Assembly: GCA_028534125.1 (NCBI GenBank)
Contig: CM052817.1
Location: 15,378,001-15,442,000 of the forward strand
Reading direction: 5' to 3'
Source of the DNA: Lama glama
Taxonomy: Eukaryota
DNA length: 64,000 nt
In this document: piece by piece, positions 26,548-40,579 of the stretch
How the letters are laid out: each line of letters opens with the position of its first letter
How positions within the stretch are numbered: the first letter of the stretch is position 1
Notes under the pieces: generated by a model
Told to the model about the DNA's origin: nothing
Databases searched by the model: none
What the model saw: only the letters and a program-made list of their open reading frames with translations
Translations under genes and position numbers: made by a program

Positions 26548-27345
26548 AGGCCAAAGAGTATATGGAAAGATGCTCAATGTCACTGTTCATTGGGGAAATG
26601 CAAATCAAAACCACAATAAGATATCACCTCACACATGCAAGCATGATTATTATTTTTTAAAAGGCAATAAGTATAATAAATATTGATGAAATTGAAAAAC
26701 TTGCACACTATTGTTGGAAAAGCAAAACAGTATAACCACTATGGAACAGTATAGAGGTTCAACAAAAAAGTAAAAATAGAGCTACCATATGATCTGTAAA
26801 TTCCACTTCTGGGTATTTATCCAAAAGAATTGAAATCATAATCCCAAAGAGGTATTAGCAGTTCTAGGTTTATTGCCATGTCATTCACAGTAGCCAAAAT
26901 GTAGAAACAAACTAAATGCCCATTAACAGGTGAATGGATAAAGAAAGTGTAATAGATATATACAATCGAATATTACTCGGCCTTAAAAAAGAAGAAAATC
27001 CTGCAATATGCAACAACATGGATTAACCTTGAGGACAGTATGTTCAATGAAATAAGCCAATCATAGAAGGACAAATATTGCATGATTCCACTTATATAAG
27101 TTATACAAAACAGTCCAAAGTGTAGAATTAAAGAATAATGTGGTTTCTAGGGGCTGGGGGGAGATAGAAATTGGAAGTTCCTAATTAACATGTATAAAAT
27201 TTCAGTTATAGGAGATGAGTAAGTTCCAGTTATGGCAGATCTGCTGAACAACATTGTGCCTATAGACAACAATACTGAATTATACACCTAAAAACCACTT
27301 GAGGGTAAATCACATGTTAAATGTCTTTATCATAATATTAAAATG
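26548..27345 (+). mobile_element. L1MA-type 3' end (ORF2 C-terminus and 3'UTR)
   Basis: ggaaatgcaaatcaaaaccacaataagatatcacctcaca; ccacttctgggtatttatccaaaagaattgaaatca; acattgtgcctatagacaacaatactg. Confidence 0.85.
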
Positions 27346-28270
27346 ATATTTCTGTTGGGTTTTTAATGGAAGCTGTCCTTTCAAGACATTAGTTGTTCTT
27401 TAAATTGTTTACTTTTTACATAATGCTGTTCTTATTTCAGGAATGTGGTGTTGTCTCTTATCTCTCCAAGATTAAAGGCTCAGTTTGATTTGTTTGCTTG
27501 TTTCAAGATTTGTTCTGCTCCCTGTTTATCTCTTTGACAATGTCTCTGTGTGATTTGCTTCAGTGGCCTTATGTCATGCTGAGGTTTTCCGTACATGTAT
27601 GATGATGCCTGGCTCCCCACTCATATTTTAAATTTAAAGCACTCAAGAGATGACTGCAGTTCCCTGTGACCAGGCCTCACTGCAGAGTGATTGGGTTGGG
27701 GTGATAACACTCTTTGCTGTGCACTTCCTAGGTGCTACTTGCTTAGCAGTCATCCTCATATCTCCAGAGAGGCATCGTCCAATCCACTGCTGGTAAAAGA
27801 CAGTAGAGGGGAAAGGATGAAAATTAAGCTCCATCCCAAAGTTCTTGGAGCTAACAAGGGGAAGGATAAGGAGCTTACTGTCCAATGTGTGGACTTTCTT
27901 TACTATCTTTATTTTCAGTACTATGCCTCTCATCTTGAGAATCTTGGCTTAATTCCCCCACAAGGCAAGTTTTCTCCTGCCTGAGGTGAGGGTGATCGTT
28001 ACCTAGCTATACAGGATGAGGAAAGAGTTCCACAAATCTAACTGTTCCTTCTTTAAACGTTCAACCTATTATAGGTCTTAAGGAGAACTTCCAAGGTGGC
28101 TGAGGCCTCAGATTCCTGAGCCTTCTAGGGACTGGCAACATGGACTTGCTTGCTTCTCATTGGATGTTTTCTCAACTGTAGATAATCACCATGTTTATTG
28201 ATCCTTAGATATATTTTTAAATTTTTCTAACATTTTTGAATGTGGGGAACTGTATTACGGTCATTTGCAT

Positions 28271-29087
28271 TATAGAAGATTGTATTTTCCAAAGACAGCT
28301 GCAACAACACCTTCCATCCCACTTGTTATTTATTTCTTTGTGTGTTTTTTGTTGTTGGAGGTGGTTTTTTGTGTGTATTTATTGAAGTATAGTCAGTTTA
28401 CAATGTTGTGTCAATTTCTGGTGTACAGCATAATGCTTTAGTCATACATGAAAATAAATATACTCATTTTGATATTCTTTCTCAGCATAGGTTACTATAA
28501 GATATTCAATATAGTTCCCTGTGCTGTACAGTATGAACTTGTTGTTCATCTGCTTTATATATATTAGTCATTATCTGAAAATCTCGAACTCCCAGTTTAT
28601 CCCTTTGACTGTGACCCTGTCTTTCTTTGATGAAGACATGGAGTGTATGTCTTCTGCTACTGAATCTGGTTGAAATGTTGTGACTGCCTCAACCAAGAGT
28701 GTGGGGTGGAAATGAGGCTGTGTGATTTGAAGACAGGACATAAAGAGTAACATGGCTCTGCCCACCTCTCTCTCAGGATGTTTGCTCCCATAACTCAGCT
28801 ACCATGGGGAAGCCCAGGCTACATGAACAGGTGTATTGTAAGTGTCTCTACCAAGAGGCTCAGCTGAAGTCTCAGATGACAGCTAGCAGTCATCATCATC
28901 TGTGTGAGTGAAGAAGCCTTTGAGATGATTCTAACCCCAGTTCTGATCACAACTGCCTGAGAGATCCTGACCCAGCCAGGCCCAGTCAACCCCCCCAGAA
29001 TCGTGAGAGATAATAATGAAATTATTATTGTTGGTTTAAGCTACTAAGTTTGGGATGGTTTGTTAGACAGCAACGTATAACTGGACA
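28271..29087 (+). mobile_element. MaLR solo LTR (MLT1G/H-like), interrupted by a young L1
   Basis: gattgtattttccaaagacagctgcaacaacaccttccatcccac start; ggtttaagctactaagtttgggatggtttgttagacagcaacgtataactggaca end; ttgca on both flanks. Confidence 0.85.
28328..28603 (-). mobile_element. 5'-truncated camelid-type L1 3' end
   Basis: attgaagtatagtcagtttacaatgttgtgtcaatttctggtgtacagcataat...atctcgaactcccagtttatccc. Confidence 0.85.
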
Positions 29088-29939
29088 TTTGCAATTATAA
29101 ATTTATAATTATATTTGGCAGCGATTTTTTCTTAACAAAACAAACTAGTGAAGCATCTTATAATAAATGGCATCTTCAATTTAGAAAATATATCAGCATT
29201 CTACTTTCTCTGTCTTGTTAACTCCTCTTCTGCTCTCTATGTTCCAAAAATTTGTTGTCCTCTCTGGTTTACTGGTGAATAGATACCTTTATTCTATTCT
29301 CATTTTAGTGAGACTTCTGGAAGGAATGGCGGTAAGTGTGTGTTCAGTATGCTGAACTCATCATCCTATAGATAAAGTTCCAAATTTACAGATGTAGTTT
29401 CAATACTGATGGCTACCTAATGACAGCAGTGTATCCTTTTTTGCACTATTACCCAGGTCTTATTTTTTGTTTTTACTTTAGTGAAAGTTAGTGCTAACAA
29501 ACAAGGTTAGTGCTCTGAAACCATTAGTTCAATGGAGTCATTCTGCACACCCAAAATGGACAAATAATAAAAACATAGCCAAAGTGGATAAAAATTATGT
29601 ATGGAATAACAATAAACAAGTCAGCGTAACTTTCTGATCCTCAATTTTCATAAGCTCAAAATAGAAATATCAATTTTAACAGAAATTTTAGGTGATAATT
29701 TAATGAGATAATACATGTTAAATTTCTTATTACAGTACCTAATCCATAGAATATACTGTATCTCTAATAAATATTGGCTCAATATGGATGCATTTAACAT
29801 ATTTCCTTTATCGTTTTTAATGGAAGAGTTAATTTTTACAAATTAAGTTTTGAAAAGCATAAACTATCCCTGAACTATTCATCATGTTGAGTTTTTCATA
29901 ATCTTTTATACACTAATCTCTAATCATGAATGCATTAAG

Positions 29940-30376
29940 GCAAAGGATTGCTTTATGTCTTCCCAGCGTCTATTTTCTTTGCTTCTTAAACAGAAGCTCT
30001 ATTTCCCTTATTAGCTACAGTTGTGGTAACTGACCAAACATGTGTCACAGCCTTCCCATTGGCAAAGGGTAGATAAGTGATTTAAGCGAGACCATAACTA
30101 AATTCTCTTCTAGGAATTTGAATATTGAGCTGAGCAACACAGAGATTTTAAACGGTCAGATTTCACTCATCCTGAGGATAGCACTTTGAAGAAACTGCCC
30201 ATTAGTTCTTGTTACCTAGATTCCTGGAACGGCTTTATCTGCCCTTGCTGACACATGGTTCTTCAACTTCCTTTGAATCACTGAGCAATTCTATCTTCTT
30301 AATAAGTTTCTATTTTTTGCTCAAATTAACCAAAATTCATTTCTGTTGCATGCAACTGCAGAATACCAGCTGATAT
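29940..30376 (+). mobile_element. Old MaLR LTR (MLT1J-like)
   Basis: ttcttaataagtttctattttttgctcaaattaacc...ttctgttgcatgcaact...ctgata typical MLT1 3' end. Confidence 0.6.
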
Positions 30377-33300
30377 GTTGATATTCAGAGCATCCGTTTC
30401 TAACAAAAAGATAAGCCATGTTTGAAGGTAGAGCTGACTTGATGCGAATGAGTGTAGTTTAGCTAGCGTTTTTGTTTTTCATGCCTGTTTCATAAAATAC
30501 CTCCTTATTCTCAGAATAAGTGTTTCTTATGTGCATTAAAGCCACGTTTAAAATAGGGTAAAATTAAACAGCCGTAACTTGAAAGCAAGATTTGTTTCAA
30601 ATATATAAGATCACCAGAATTGCCTTCACTGGACAGATAAACATATTAAACACACTTGTGTTGCAATCTGGTTGGAGGATTTGCTGTGATACATTAAATC
30701 AACTTACAATGTTAAACCCACACATCGTTTGGAGATTTTCTCCTACAAGCACTTATTTGGCATGGTGGTAAGCTGAAGTTCTTTGTGAGCCGTTGCTTAA
30801 ATAAAACACAAGGGAGACATTCACATGATGGGCCTCTGAACACTTTGGCAAATTATAATTATCCATAAACAAAGACCAGAAACCCAGAAAAGAAGCTATT
30901 AGTGTTGCCATGCCTTCTTAAAGCTCTTCCTTTGATTATTTCTGTTGCTACTCAGAGTCACGTTATTACCAGCTGATGGGTGGCACAGATGGCGCCGAGC
31001 AGAGAGGTTTGTTTCTGTCATGGTCTGCACTATTTCTCCATGCCTTTTCTTAGAGAGTTTTGGTGGATTGCAGTTTCGTTTTTTTCTCGGATAATTGTTG
31101 CACTGCTTTTGTTGTTGTTTTTATTTAATTAGTCAGAATATAGTTATGTGTAGAGGGCACTTGACTGGCTCCTGTGGAACTAATAGTAACTGGAGATGGC
31201 TCTGTTAATTTCCCTTCTATTGTTTGTTTGAAAGATGTCCTGGACCACTTGGCTTTTACCATGTCACAAGAAGCTGGCCCTGAGATCTTTAGCCTGATGT
31301 CTGAGCATGCATGCGTATAGTGTTTTTGCCTTTCTAAGGTTTTCTCGATTTAAATTGGTCTGCTCCTCCCTCCCCCCTCCTCTCTTGTCCCTTCCCCTTA
31401 TCTTTCTCTCTCCACGTACATACATACGTATTTTCACCATTCTGGACCACTTTGATGGTTCCTATGTATGGGAAAAGTTCAACAATGCACAGTAAAACTC
31501 GTAGCCCCAAACTCTCCTACTTAAGATTACTTTCCAGTTTCTACTTGTGCTATTTGTTTCTTTGTTCTATTTTTTTTTTTTGCCTGCTGTTTCATGATCT
31601 TTATGAATTCCTCTACATTGCTACAATATTTAAGTTGTCTGGGAATTTGCTGAAAATTATAGCAGAAGCTTCAGGCCTCTCCTATGTTCAGGAATCCACC
31701 GACTGTGTTAGGAAGACTTCAGTGACTCCATCTTTGCCCTGTTCCTGTCATCTTTGATAGAAATTTTCCAATGCCAGCTAGCAATTCAGACTGATTTCTC
31801 TCTCCACGGCTTTCATCTCTTTTACACTTTTAAGAATCAATTTTAGGTCCTAGGATGATTTTATTTCACCTTCCTGAAAGTTTCATTTAATATACTCTGC
31901 TTTTTGAACTTTATATATATTCAGAAGCTCATAGGTAATGAATCTGTAGAACATGTGAATATACAGTATTTCCATGTAGCTTCCACCATATCCTTGATAT
32001 GTGAGTGTCAGAATTATATTTCAGAGTAAGGACCAAAGAAGCTTTTAGGAGAATGGTATTTCATTAACTCACCTTCTGGCGTTTTAACTGTTATCAGCTG
32101 TACAGTTTAGTTTTATTACAACAGACATTATTGTGATAACTTTTCCTACTTTATCTTTGCAATTTATTGGAGCAGTTAATTTCTCAAAAAGTAGGAGCAT
32201 TTTTTCTCATTAGAAATTCCTTCATGGCCTCTTTAATACATGTTCCTTGCTATTTAGAAGAACTGCTGATAAGTGATTTTGATTTGTATCCTCGGTAATC
32301 TGAGATGTTTAACAGAAACTTGGCAAACCACTTAGGGGCTGAAGCCATTTCTTAAAACCAGCCCCAACTGATTAATTTCTGCCCCATTACTGCCACCAAC
32401 ATTCAAAAAGTTCCTGTATAGCAATGGCCAACCAAATATACTTATGAACTTCCAAAGGACAGTTTTTATTTTGTTTAATGAGTCTTTTTTTCCCCTAAGA
32501 TTACTGTTTCTCCTTTTGATTTGTAACTCCAGAATTTGACAGCATTGAGCTTTAAGGACTGAATCTATTAGCTCCAAAGTCAGTGAGAGAGATTTCAATT
32601 ATCCAATAAGATATGTGCTCTGTATAACTCCAAACCATGTCATTCAATCATCCAAATTATCATCTTTGACCAAATGAAACAGCAAAAGTCAGTCTTCTTT
32701 TCTCTTTGCCACGCTAAAACTAGTCCATCTGTACAAATTTTGTCCCTAATTTCTCTTTTTGTATTTATTTTTATATTTCCATATACTTTCATCTCTTTTG
32801 CACTTTGGGTTTCTCATGTTTATTTCTCCAGTTGCTGTCCCCTGATAGAGCTTTAGCAAGATAAAGGAGAAGAATTTACATCTGAAGACATGACCCGAAT
32901 GTGGCAGTCTTCAGAGAGTATAGTAAGTGGTATATAGGAAGCAAGAAGTAGACAAGAATTCAGTGACATAGATAGGACAGGTACTTAGAAAAGGAAAGAG
33001 AAGGTTGATATTGACTGTGATGAGAAGATGAAGGACCATTTTAACCAGCCTAACATGAAAGCTGTTTGTAAACATGACTCTTCAGACTTCCTTTTTGGTT
33101 CTTTTTCCACAGGGACCGTTTCTCTCATACAACCGCAGAGCGGCCCACATTTGGAGCTCAGAGATTCCATATGCTGCCTCCTGGGTTTGTAAACACCAGT
33201 TCTGACTAGGGAATTTGTAGAAGTCTAGGCGGGCAAGTCGGTGTTAATTAACTACGTGATATTAACAACAACAACTCCAACATCGATGAGGGTCTACCAC

Positions 33301-34796
33301 ATGCCTACAGAGCTAAGGGGACTTTGCGCACACCACTGTGTTTATTTCCCTCTGTATTCCTTTAAGATAATTATTGTTGTCTCTACCTTATAGTCAAGGA
33401 AACTCAGATGAGAGGGAGAAAGCGAGATCTTCAAGATAGTTGAGATAGTGAGTCACCCCCAGGTCTCTGGGGCTAGGTCTCTTCCACTCTGCTCCACCTA
33501 AACACTTTAATATGATTGCTCTGCTTCCTCTGCTCTCCCGGCTACATGTCCATCTTCCACCAAAACTGAACTCAATGCTTTCCAATTTGGGCAAAAATAA
33601 TAGTAAAGTTTGGGTTGTTCTGCCCTATTACAGCTGTAATTTACTCTTTTTGGGGGTGGGGGGATCCATTATTTATTATTGAGTAGGGCCCAGATTCTGA
33701 TGTCACATATTGCCTTGTAGATTATTTCATCAAAGCCCAACTTAGGCTGCTACCTGTATTTATAATACTAGATTCACATATTAGTTGCATTATATATTGA
33801 AAAACACCTAAGTATCTCTAAAGGTTGGTAATTGGGTAAGTTTCACATCTATTGCAGTGCTATGCTCAAGGTACTGGGTGATAAAAGGGGCCCGTATAGT
33901 CCTGCTTCAACTAGCTTACACGAAGAATCCGAATGCAGAGACACAACAAAGCCTGAAGTTAAGTCATCGGCTGAGCACTGGAGAGTTTCATGGGGTTTTT
34001 TTGAAAGAGATGAGCTTCAAGAATTCTTCTTGAATATTAAGTAGGAAAACAACCCTAGTCTTTGGGAAGGAATGAAACAGCACCCAAAACTGAGTTTGCA
34101 TGACACAGAAAAAAAATTTCAGAGAGACTGCGGAAGGAAAATGGAGAAAATCAGAAAGCCTAGAAAAGAGGCAATCAAAGAATCACCCCATTTATGCAAG
34201 GCAATGCAAAAGGGGTACTGCAGATTCAGGAAGAACAAACGATTGATTGGCAGAACAGAAGACAAAAGCAATCTTGCTGGCATTATTCTCAACAGCTGAT
34301 GAAAGAGCTATAGAGAGTCGGTGCCATCCAAAGGCAGAGCATTTCTAAATGGCTCCTGGGCTGAGGCTCCCTGAGTCTTGGGAGGAAGACTAAAGCATGG
34401 TTCAACCTGTAATCCACACGTGAAATGGTAGGGCACTTGGAGAAATTTTTGCACCTTCATAAATTTCTGAAGGTCAGAACTAGAAGATGCAATAGGATTT
34501 GTTTAGTCCAACTTCATAATTTAGCAGATGAGGAAACAAAGTTTCATGAGGTGAAGTGACTTGACTCAGATTACAGTGGGTGTGTATTTTAAAATCATAA
34601 CTATTTAGGTTACTAGCTAAGCTTCTGTAACAAAGAATCCCTAAAACATACTGACTTGATTAACAGTCCAGAGTAGAGAGGTCACAGGTTCGCTCAGGGA
34701 CTCCACCACCCTCAACATATACCTTCCAAAGCTTATTTCATTTTCACCGTGTCTAGCCAGTGGGAAGTGACCATATGGAAATTTACTTGAGCCCCA

Positions 34797-35313
34797 TGAG
34801 TCTAGAAAACAAAGAAAGTTAAGAAATTTTACCACCTTTTTGTGTTCTGGGAACTGGCCAAGGCAAAGAATTACCCCTTCCAAAATGACTTAGGTAAGAG
34901 ACATAGATGCCCCCTGTTTACCTATGACTAGACACTCAAATTAGCTGAATTTCTTGTTGTCAATGACCAATTGGAACAAAATATTTGCTAATCAAACTTT
35001 GGTTTAGTTTCTCTCCTTCCCCCAGGCCCCTGAATTTTGACCCACCCCTAGCCTGACTCAGCATACAGCCTCCTCCTGAGAATAGTCTGATCTAATATTG
35101 AATCACACAAACTTTGCCTCCTACACTCAGTTACTTTTAGATTTGTTCCCTCCTCTCTATAAAAGAAAAAACTCTTTTTTTTGCCCAACCTCTGACACAC
35201 TTGCTGCTCTTAAGTTCAGAGCATTCTTCCTATTGCAGTAGTCCCTTCCTACCATCCATCCCTTCCTTCCAAAGAGTCTCTCCTGCTTAGGTCCAGATTT
35301 GATTTATCTGGCA
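34797..35313 (+). mobile_element. ERV1-class solo LTR (MER89-like), inside an MLT1 fragment
   Basis: TG...CA ends, about 515 bp, TATA-like ctataaaag at 35157, cctattgcagtagtc; start aagaaattttaccacctttttgtgttctgggaac resembles the remembered consensus. Confidence 0.6.
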
Positions 35314-35432
35314 GAACACAAGTGAGATGGTCCAGAAATATTAACATTACCTTTTAATCACACCCCAATTACAACTTCAGTTTGAATCCTGTGTCTGTAT
35401 GTATTAGCTCCGTGATGTATGACAAACTACCT

Positions 35433-35510
35433 TCTTAATATATTATCTTAATATTATCTTATATAATATATATATTATCTTAATAATATCTTAATATTAT
35501 AATATAATTT
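35433..35510. repeat. AT-rich low-complexity tandem repeat (attatctta-like units)
   Basis: Directly visible imperfect repeats. Confidence 0.7.
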
Positions 35511-38448
35511 CTCATTTAAAATAATTATAAAAACAGAATCTGACTCATAAAGCTGGGAAAATACTAAAATGAAGAAATTCAGATCGAGTGCTTAGCTGTA
35601 TTATTCCCATACAATAATCACCCATAAATGATAGTTTACCACATACTAGAATAACACCTGGCATTTTGATACCTATTATCCTTAAAAATGCCCCCAATAT
35701 TGCAAAGCTTTTATTATTATTATTACCATTTTACATAAAAGGAATCTGAAGCTCATTCATCTTAAGGAATTTGCCCTCAGTCAGAGTAGTAGGCTATCTA
35801 GGATTCAGACTTCAGTTTCCTATCTATGATTTCCATTTTTTTCATCTCCTTCATGTTGCATCATGCAAGTTCCTAACTTACATATAATATATATAAGTAT
35901 AGTACATAATTAACACCCCCTGACATTAAGGGAGAAAAACACCCTTTGTATTATTGAATCACTTTACTGTAATGAAAAATAAAGATATACTTCAACAATG
36001 CATGAAAAAGTAAGAAAAATCTTTATGTTTCTCAAAATAAGTTATTGAGCAACATAAGTGCACAGACAATTCTATTGAAGTTTTGGAGTCTGTTATGCCT
36101 GGGTCGAACGACCTGCATCCACGACATACAGTAGTCAACAAAGATGTGCTGAGTGTGCTGCATGGAAAGAAGAAAACATGGCGGTACTAGTGGGGAAATG
36201 ACAGTTGAATGTGACCACTTGATAGAGGAGTTGGAGATCATGTTAATTCTTTTGTGTGCAAAGGCATACTTCTGTTTTGTTATTGGATTAATGATGACTA
36301 CAGATAGTCTCTAAAATTCTTATTCAGTTCTTATCCACTTCAATTTCGTCTAAAAGAAACAGCATATTAAAATGGTTTAGTGGGGCAGCTGGGAATGCTT
36401 TTTTGATGAGTTTAAATAGAAAACTTGGAAATCAGTGCTTTTGAAGACTTAAAAATCAAGCTTTGGCTAACATAGATAGAAAACCATTTCAAACTCTAAA
36501 CACCCCTTTTTATTCTATCTTTAGGATTATGGTCAGTTGTGGCAATACAACAGTAAATCTAAAATGAAAAGAGAAAGCATCATGATTTAAATAGTGAAAA
36601 ACTTTTCTAATCAACTATGCATGCGTGATCTGTACTAGACTGTAAGATTCATGAGGACAGGAAAAATTTCTTGTTCATGTTTCTCTCCATCTGACCATCC
36701 ATCCATGCATGCAACAAGCATTTACCAAAACCTTATTGTATCTGTGCTACTGACTGAATGGAACACAGGAATGCAGACACAGTTCCTCCCTTCAAAATGT
36801 TACAATCTATCTAAGGACACTCATATAATACAACTATAAGAAGTATTACAAGGAGGCACAGAAAAATGAGGATAAATGTTCCAGAAAAATGATGATTAAT
36901 TATGACTAAAAATGAGATAAGGTAGATGCTTACTACAATGAGTTCCATGGTGCTGATAACAACAAATATGTACTGTATAACTGAGTCAATGAATGATCAC
37001 TAAAAGCCACACTCATACATGGTGCTGATTTCAGGTTTGACTGAATCATTCATACTCAGTACTTTTTTTAAGCCATATCATATGATTTCCATGTCCAAGA
37101 AGAGAGCCAATGCAATTCAACAGAATTTGCTTTCATAAGGTTCATGTTCATAATGCTTGATTGGTTCTTCTGGAAGTTGACTGATGGTAAGACCCTCTCT
37201 GCAGGATGAAATAGCCAAGAACCCTGTGCACATAACTGAGGTTATTAAGAATCTACATGATTGGAAAGCAAATAATTTTGCATCAAGTTCTGAAAACATT
37301 ATTTCCCCTTTGAGTCTTTTCATAGATTGACCCTCCCACTCAATAAATCTATACACATATACACACACGTGCCATACACACAATTTGAAGTCACATTCTA
37401 GAGGAAGTTTTTCCTTTTATTGCAATACTAGAGGAGGTATTCCTCTTAGGTGCTACCCTGCTTTCTCTCTTACAGTTTTGGTGACACTTCTCTGTGTTTC
37501 TGTTTAACTTTTTTGATTATAGCTTTGATGAAAGCAGAGAATGAGTCATGTTCACCATATATCCCCATTGCCTAGTGTAGGTCCTGGCACAGGATAACAA
37601 GACAATAATTATTCATCAAAGGGGTAATAAAATATTGGATAAATTATTTAATATATTGATAGACTAATACTTCCAAAGCAGAACTCTGATCACATTATGA
37701 CTCTACTACAAAACTCCCTACTGAATGCTAAATAAAGTTTAAATTCTTTAGATTGTCAGTGAAAGTCACCTATACTCTCGTCCTTATCAACATTATTGCT
37801 CTTTTATATGTCAAAAATTCCAGCAACACTGGCCAGATTCTGATTATACCCTCTGCTTGAAGGCATTGCACATCAGTATTTCCCCAGGTCCTCATATCTG
37901 CCTGTTGAAACTTTACCCACCTTCCAAACCCAACTGAACTGCTTCTTTCTATAAGGATACTTTGCTGATCCTTTTCTACTCTAATTTTTTCCTGAGCTCT
38001 AAGAATTGTTTTCTTTCTTCTAACTAGCCATAGCTTTCAACACACTTGTGTTACAGAGTTTACCACAAACCACTGTGAACTATATTTGGATTTTTGATGC
38101 ATGTTTCATCTCCTTTTCAGACTATGAGTTCCTGGAGGGCAGGCTGGAGGGCAGGGGTTGTATCTTATTCATCCTTACAAACACCACAGTGAAAGATGAA
38201 TATAATTTTATCAGTATGCAAAGGAAGAAAGAACTTTCCAAGTAGATGAAATTTATGGTACTTTTTTATTCATTGTCCAAGGGACCGTAGATTAATGTAT
38301 AATGAAATATTTTAATCCATCTTTAGATTTTTGTATGTCTCCACATGTAGATCTTCTTTCTTTAAGTCTGCTCTAAAAATACAGCTAATAAAACCAAGTC
38401 ATAGGGTTCTTAAGAGAATCTAATGAGATGATACATTTAAAGTATGTG

Positions 38449-38596
38449 ACCTATTTTCAATATCTTGTAATAACCTTTGATGGAAAACAATATGAAAATG
38501 AATATATTTATGTATATGCATAACTGGGATATTGTGCCGTACACCAGAGATAGACAATTGTAATTGACTGTACTGCAACAAAAAAGATAACAATAG
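38449..38596 (+). mobile_element. Short camelid-type L1 3' end inserted in a MIR
   Basis: atatcttgtaataacctttgatggaaaacaatatgaaaatgaatat...ccgtacaccagag; TSD taaagtatgtg (38438-38448) / taaagcatgtg (38597-38607). Confidence 0.8.
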
Positions 38597-40579
38597 TAAA
38601 GCATGTGTCTGATCTATAGTAAGAAGTAATTAAATAGTATTTCTACTTATTAATATTTTATTCCTATTATTTCCATCTATCATCATTAATTATATTATGA
38701 TGTATTTTGGTTGACATTTCAAAGAGGACTTGAGCATGGTCACTTTGGATTTTCAGTCCCTTCATTTTGTTTTAATTTTTTCAAAGACTCTTGTGTTGTA
38801 TGAAGTTATTACCACCAAAGCCAGGGCCTCATGTCTAACTAGCGGAACTATATGATTCTCGACTCCATAATACTTGGGAGATGCATGCTTCACTGAAGGG
38901 CCATTGATTTTCAACTAAAGTGAAATGCTTTCATTTAATGCTTTCTTAGGAGAATTACAGCGATGGCTGAAGAGAGTTTGGCTTTAGAGAAATCCATTAT
39001 TAATTTTACATGGCAAAATTGGGATTTATATATTGAAATTTAAATTCAGAGGTCCCTTACAGCTGCTAAATCAAAATATCGTTCTAAACTTGTTTGTCTT
39101 TTCTTTTCTATGAAATGGAAAGGCTGTTTTGTCCTAGACTTCTAAATCTCTTGCCTTACTCAAACAAGTCTTAGTAATTGCTTTATGGGTGTACTACCTC
39201 TTTGTTCAGCATAACCTCAGATTTCTCATCTATATAATTTTTTTTTGGAAGAGTCTTAAAGAGCTTTGGTCATCTTAAAAATATCTTTCCCTAGCCCTCC
39301 CTTCACACTGAAAGAACACTTAGACCAAACCAGACATATAAATGCATTCACAGTCCACCCTGAATGATAAAGATTAATTTAGTTTGTCATAATTAAATTC
39401 TAGCCTTAACTCTGATAGCCTTCACCTTGCAGGCTTGTAACAAGAACTGGTGCATTCTTAGTGTTTTTAACATGCTTCAGTCCAGCATAACCTCTTTAAA
39501 TCAAGAAGAGATGTTATTAAGAGCATTCTCTCTCCCACCACTCAAACCTTAGTAACTCAAAAAAAAAAAACAACTTAACCTTGTATCTGTTCATTGACTT
39601 ATACAATAAGGAGTGTAATACCATAATGCTGGATTTTTCCATTGTTAAGCTCTTTCTAAGTAATAGGAGTTAAAAAAAATTCAGTAGAATGTGATATATT
39701 TCGTCCATGTGTGCATAGCTTAAAGGCAGCAGAAGGAATACAGTTCAGTCTATTTCTCCCCTCCAGCCCTCCAAAAAAATTTCCCTTGGGCTAAATCAAG
39801 CATAGAAAAAATTTGCCTAAATGCATTTTTTAAAGGAAAAGTCATAATCAATTGAAAATAAAAGGCAACTGATAATGAAAATGGTTTTCTCAAGCATAGC
39901 GATAACATTTGCTGCTGTGCATTCTATAAAAAGCCTTTAGATTCCTATAACAGGGACAGTGGTATTGCTTTGCTTCCTGCTGCTGATTATAATTTTAAAG
40001 ATGGAAAATCTAGATGTTCTATTTTGTCCTATGAAGCAATCCTTGACTCTGTGGTCAGCCTGGTTTTATATTTCTCTATCAGGGACCAAAAGTTTTCTGA
40101 GGCAGGAATAAGAAAATTTGTATTGTTCATTTCTTCAAATATTAGTAGGCAACTTCTAGTCTTGGTTCTGGGATAGAGTAATTACAAAATTCTGGCGAAT
40201 TGGAAGTTGAATAGTTAAGCAAACAGTTGAAATACCATGTGGTTAGAGTTATAATTGATATTTCACCCACCATTATGGACACATGAAGAAAAGAGATCCA
40301 CATCCATCTTGAAAAGGGATTTCAATCTTGTAGAATCCTCTAAAAGGCAGAACTCTTGACAATGACTAGTCACTGCCTTCCTGCCTGGAATGCAGGATGA
40401 TGAAACTGGATGATGCTCTTAAGGGTCAAAAAGAAGAGTCGTCTATAGAGTCAGAAGTCTGCTTGCTTTATGCACTCCAATAAATTTGGATTTGAAGGCA
40501 ATTTTAAGTGGCACCTCCAAAGTATTGTGAACAACAGTCGCATCACTGAGCATTAGGCTTTAATGATTAAAGACTGGTA

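Larger units (their letters stand above)
28190..29192. mobile_element. MER104-like Tc2 MITE, split in two (about 28190-28270 and 29088-29192)
   Basis: ctaacatttttgaatgtgggg...tgtattac and gcatcttataataaatggcatcttcaatttagaaaata resemble the two ends of MER104. Confidence 0.5.
25240..29357 (-). mobile_element. HAL1/L1M-type ancient element split by later insertions (host segments about 25240-26540, 27345-28190, 29195-29357)
   Basis: aaatgtctttcttccac...ttgattgatagttggctaggtatagaattt...ttttgaaagcatt and terminal ggaatggcggtaagtgtgtgttcagt resemble antisense HAL1/L1M. Confidence 0.6.
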
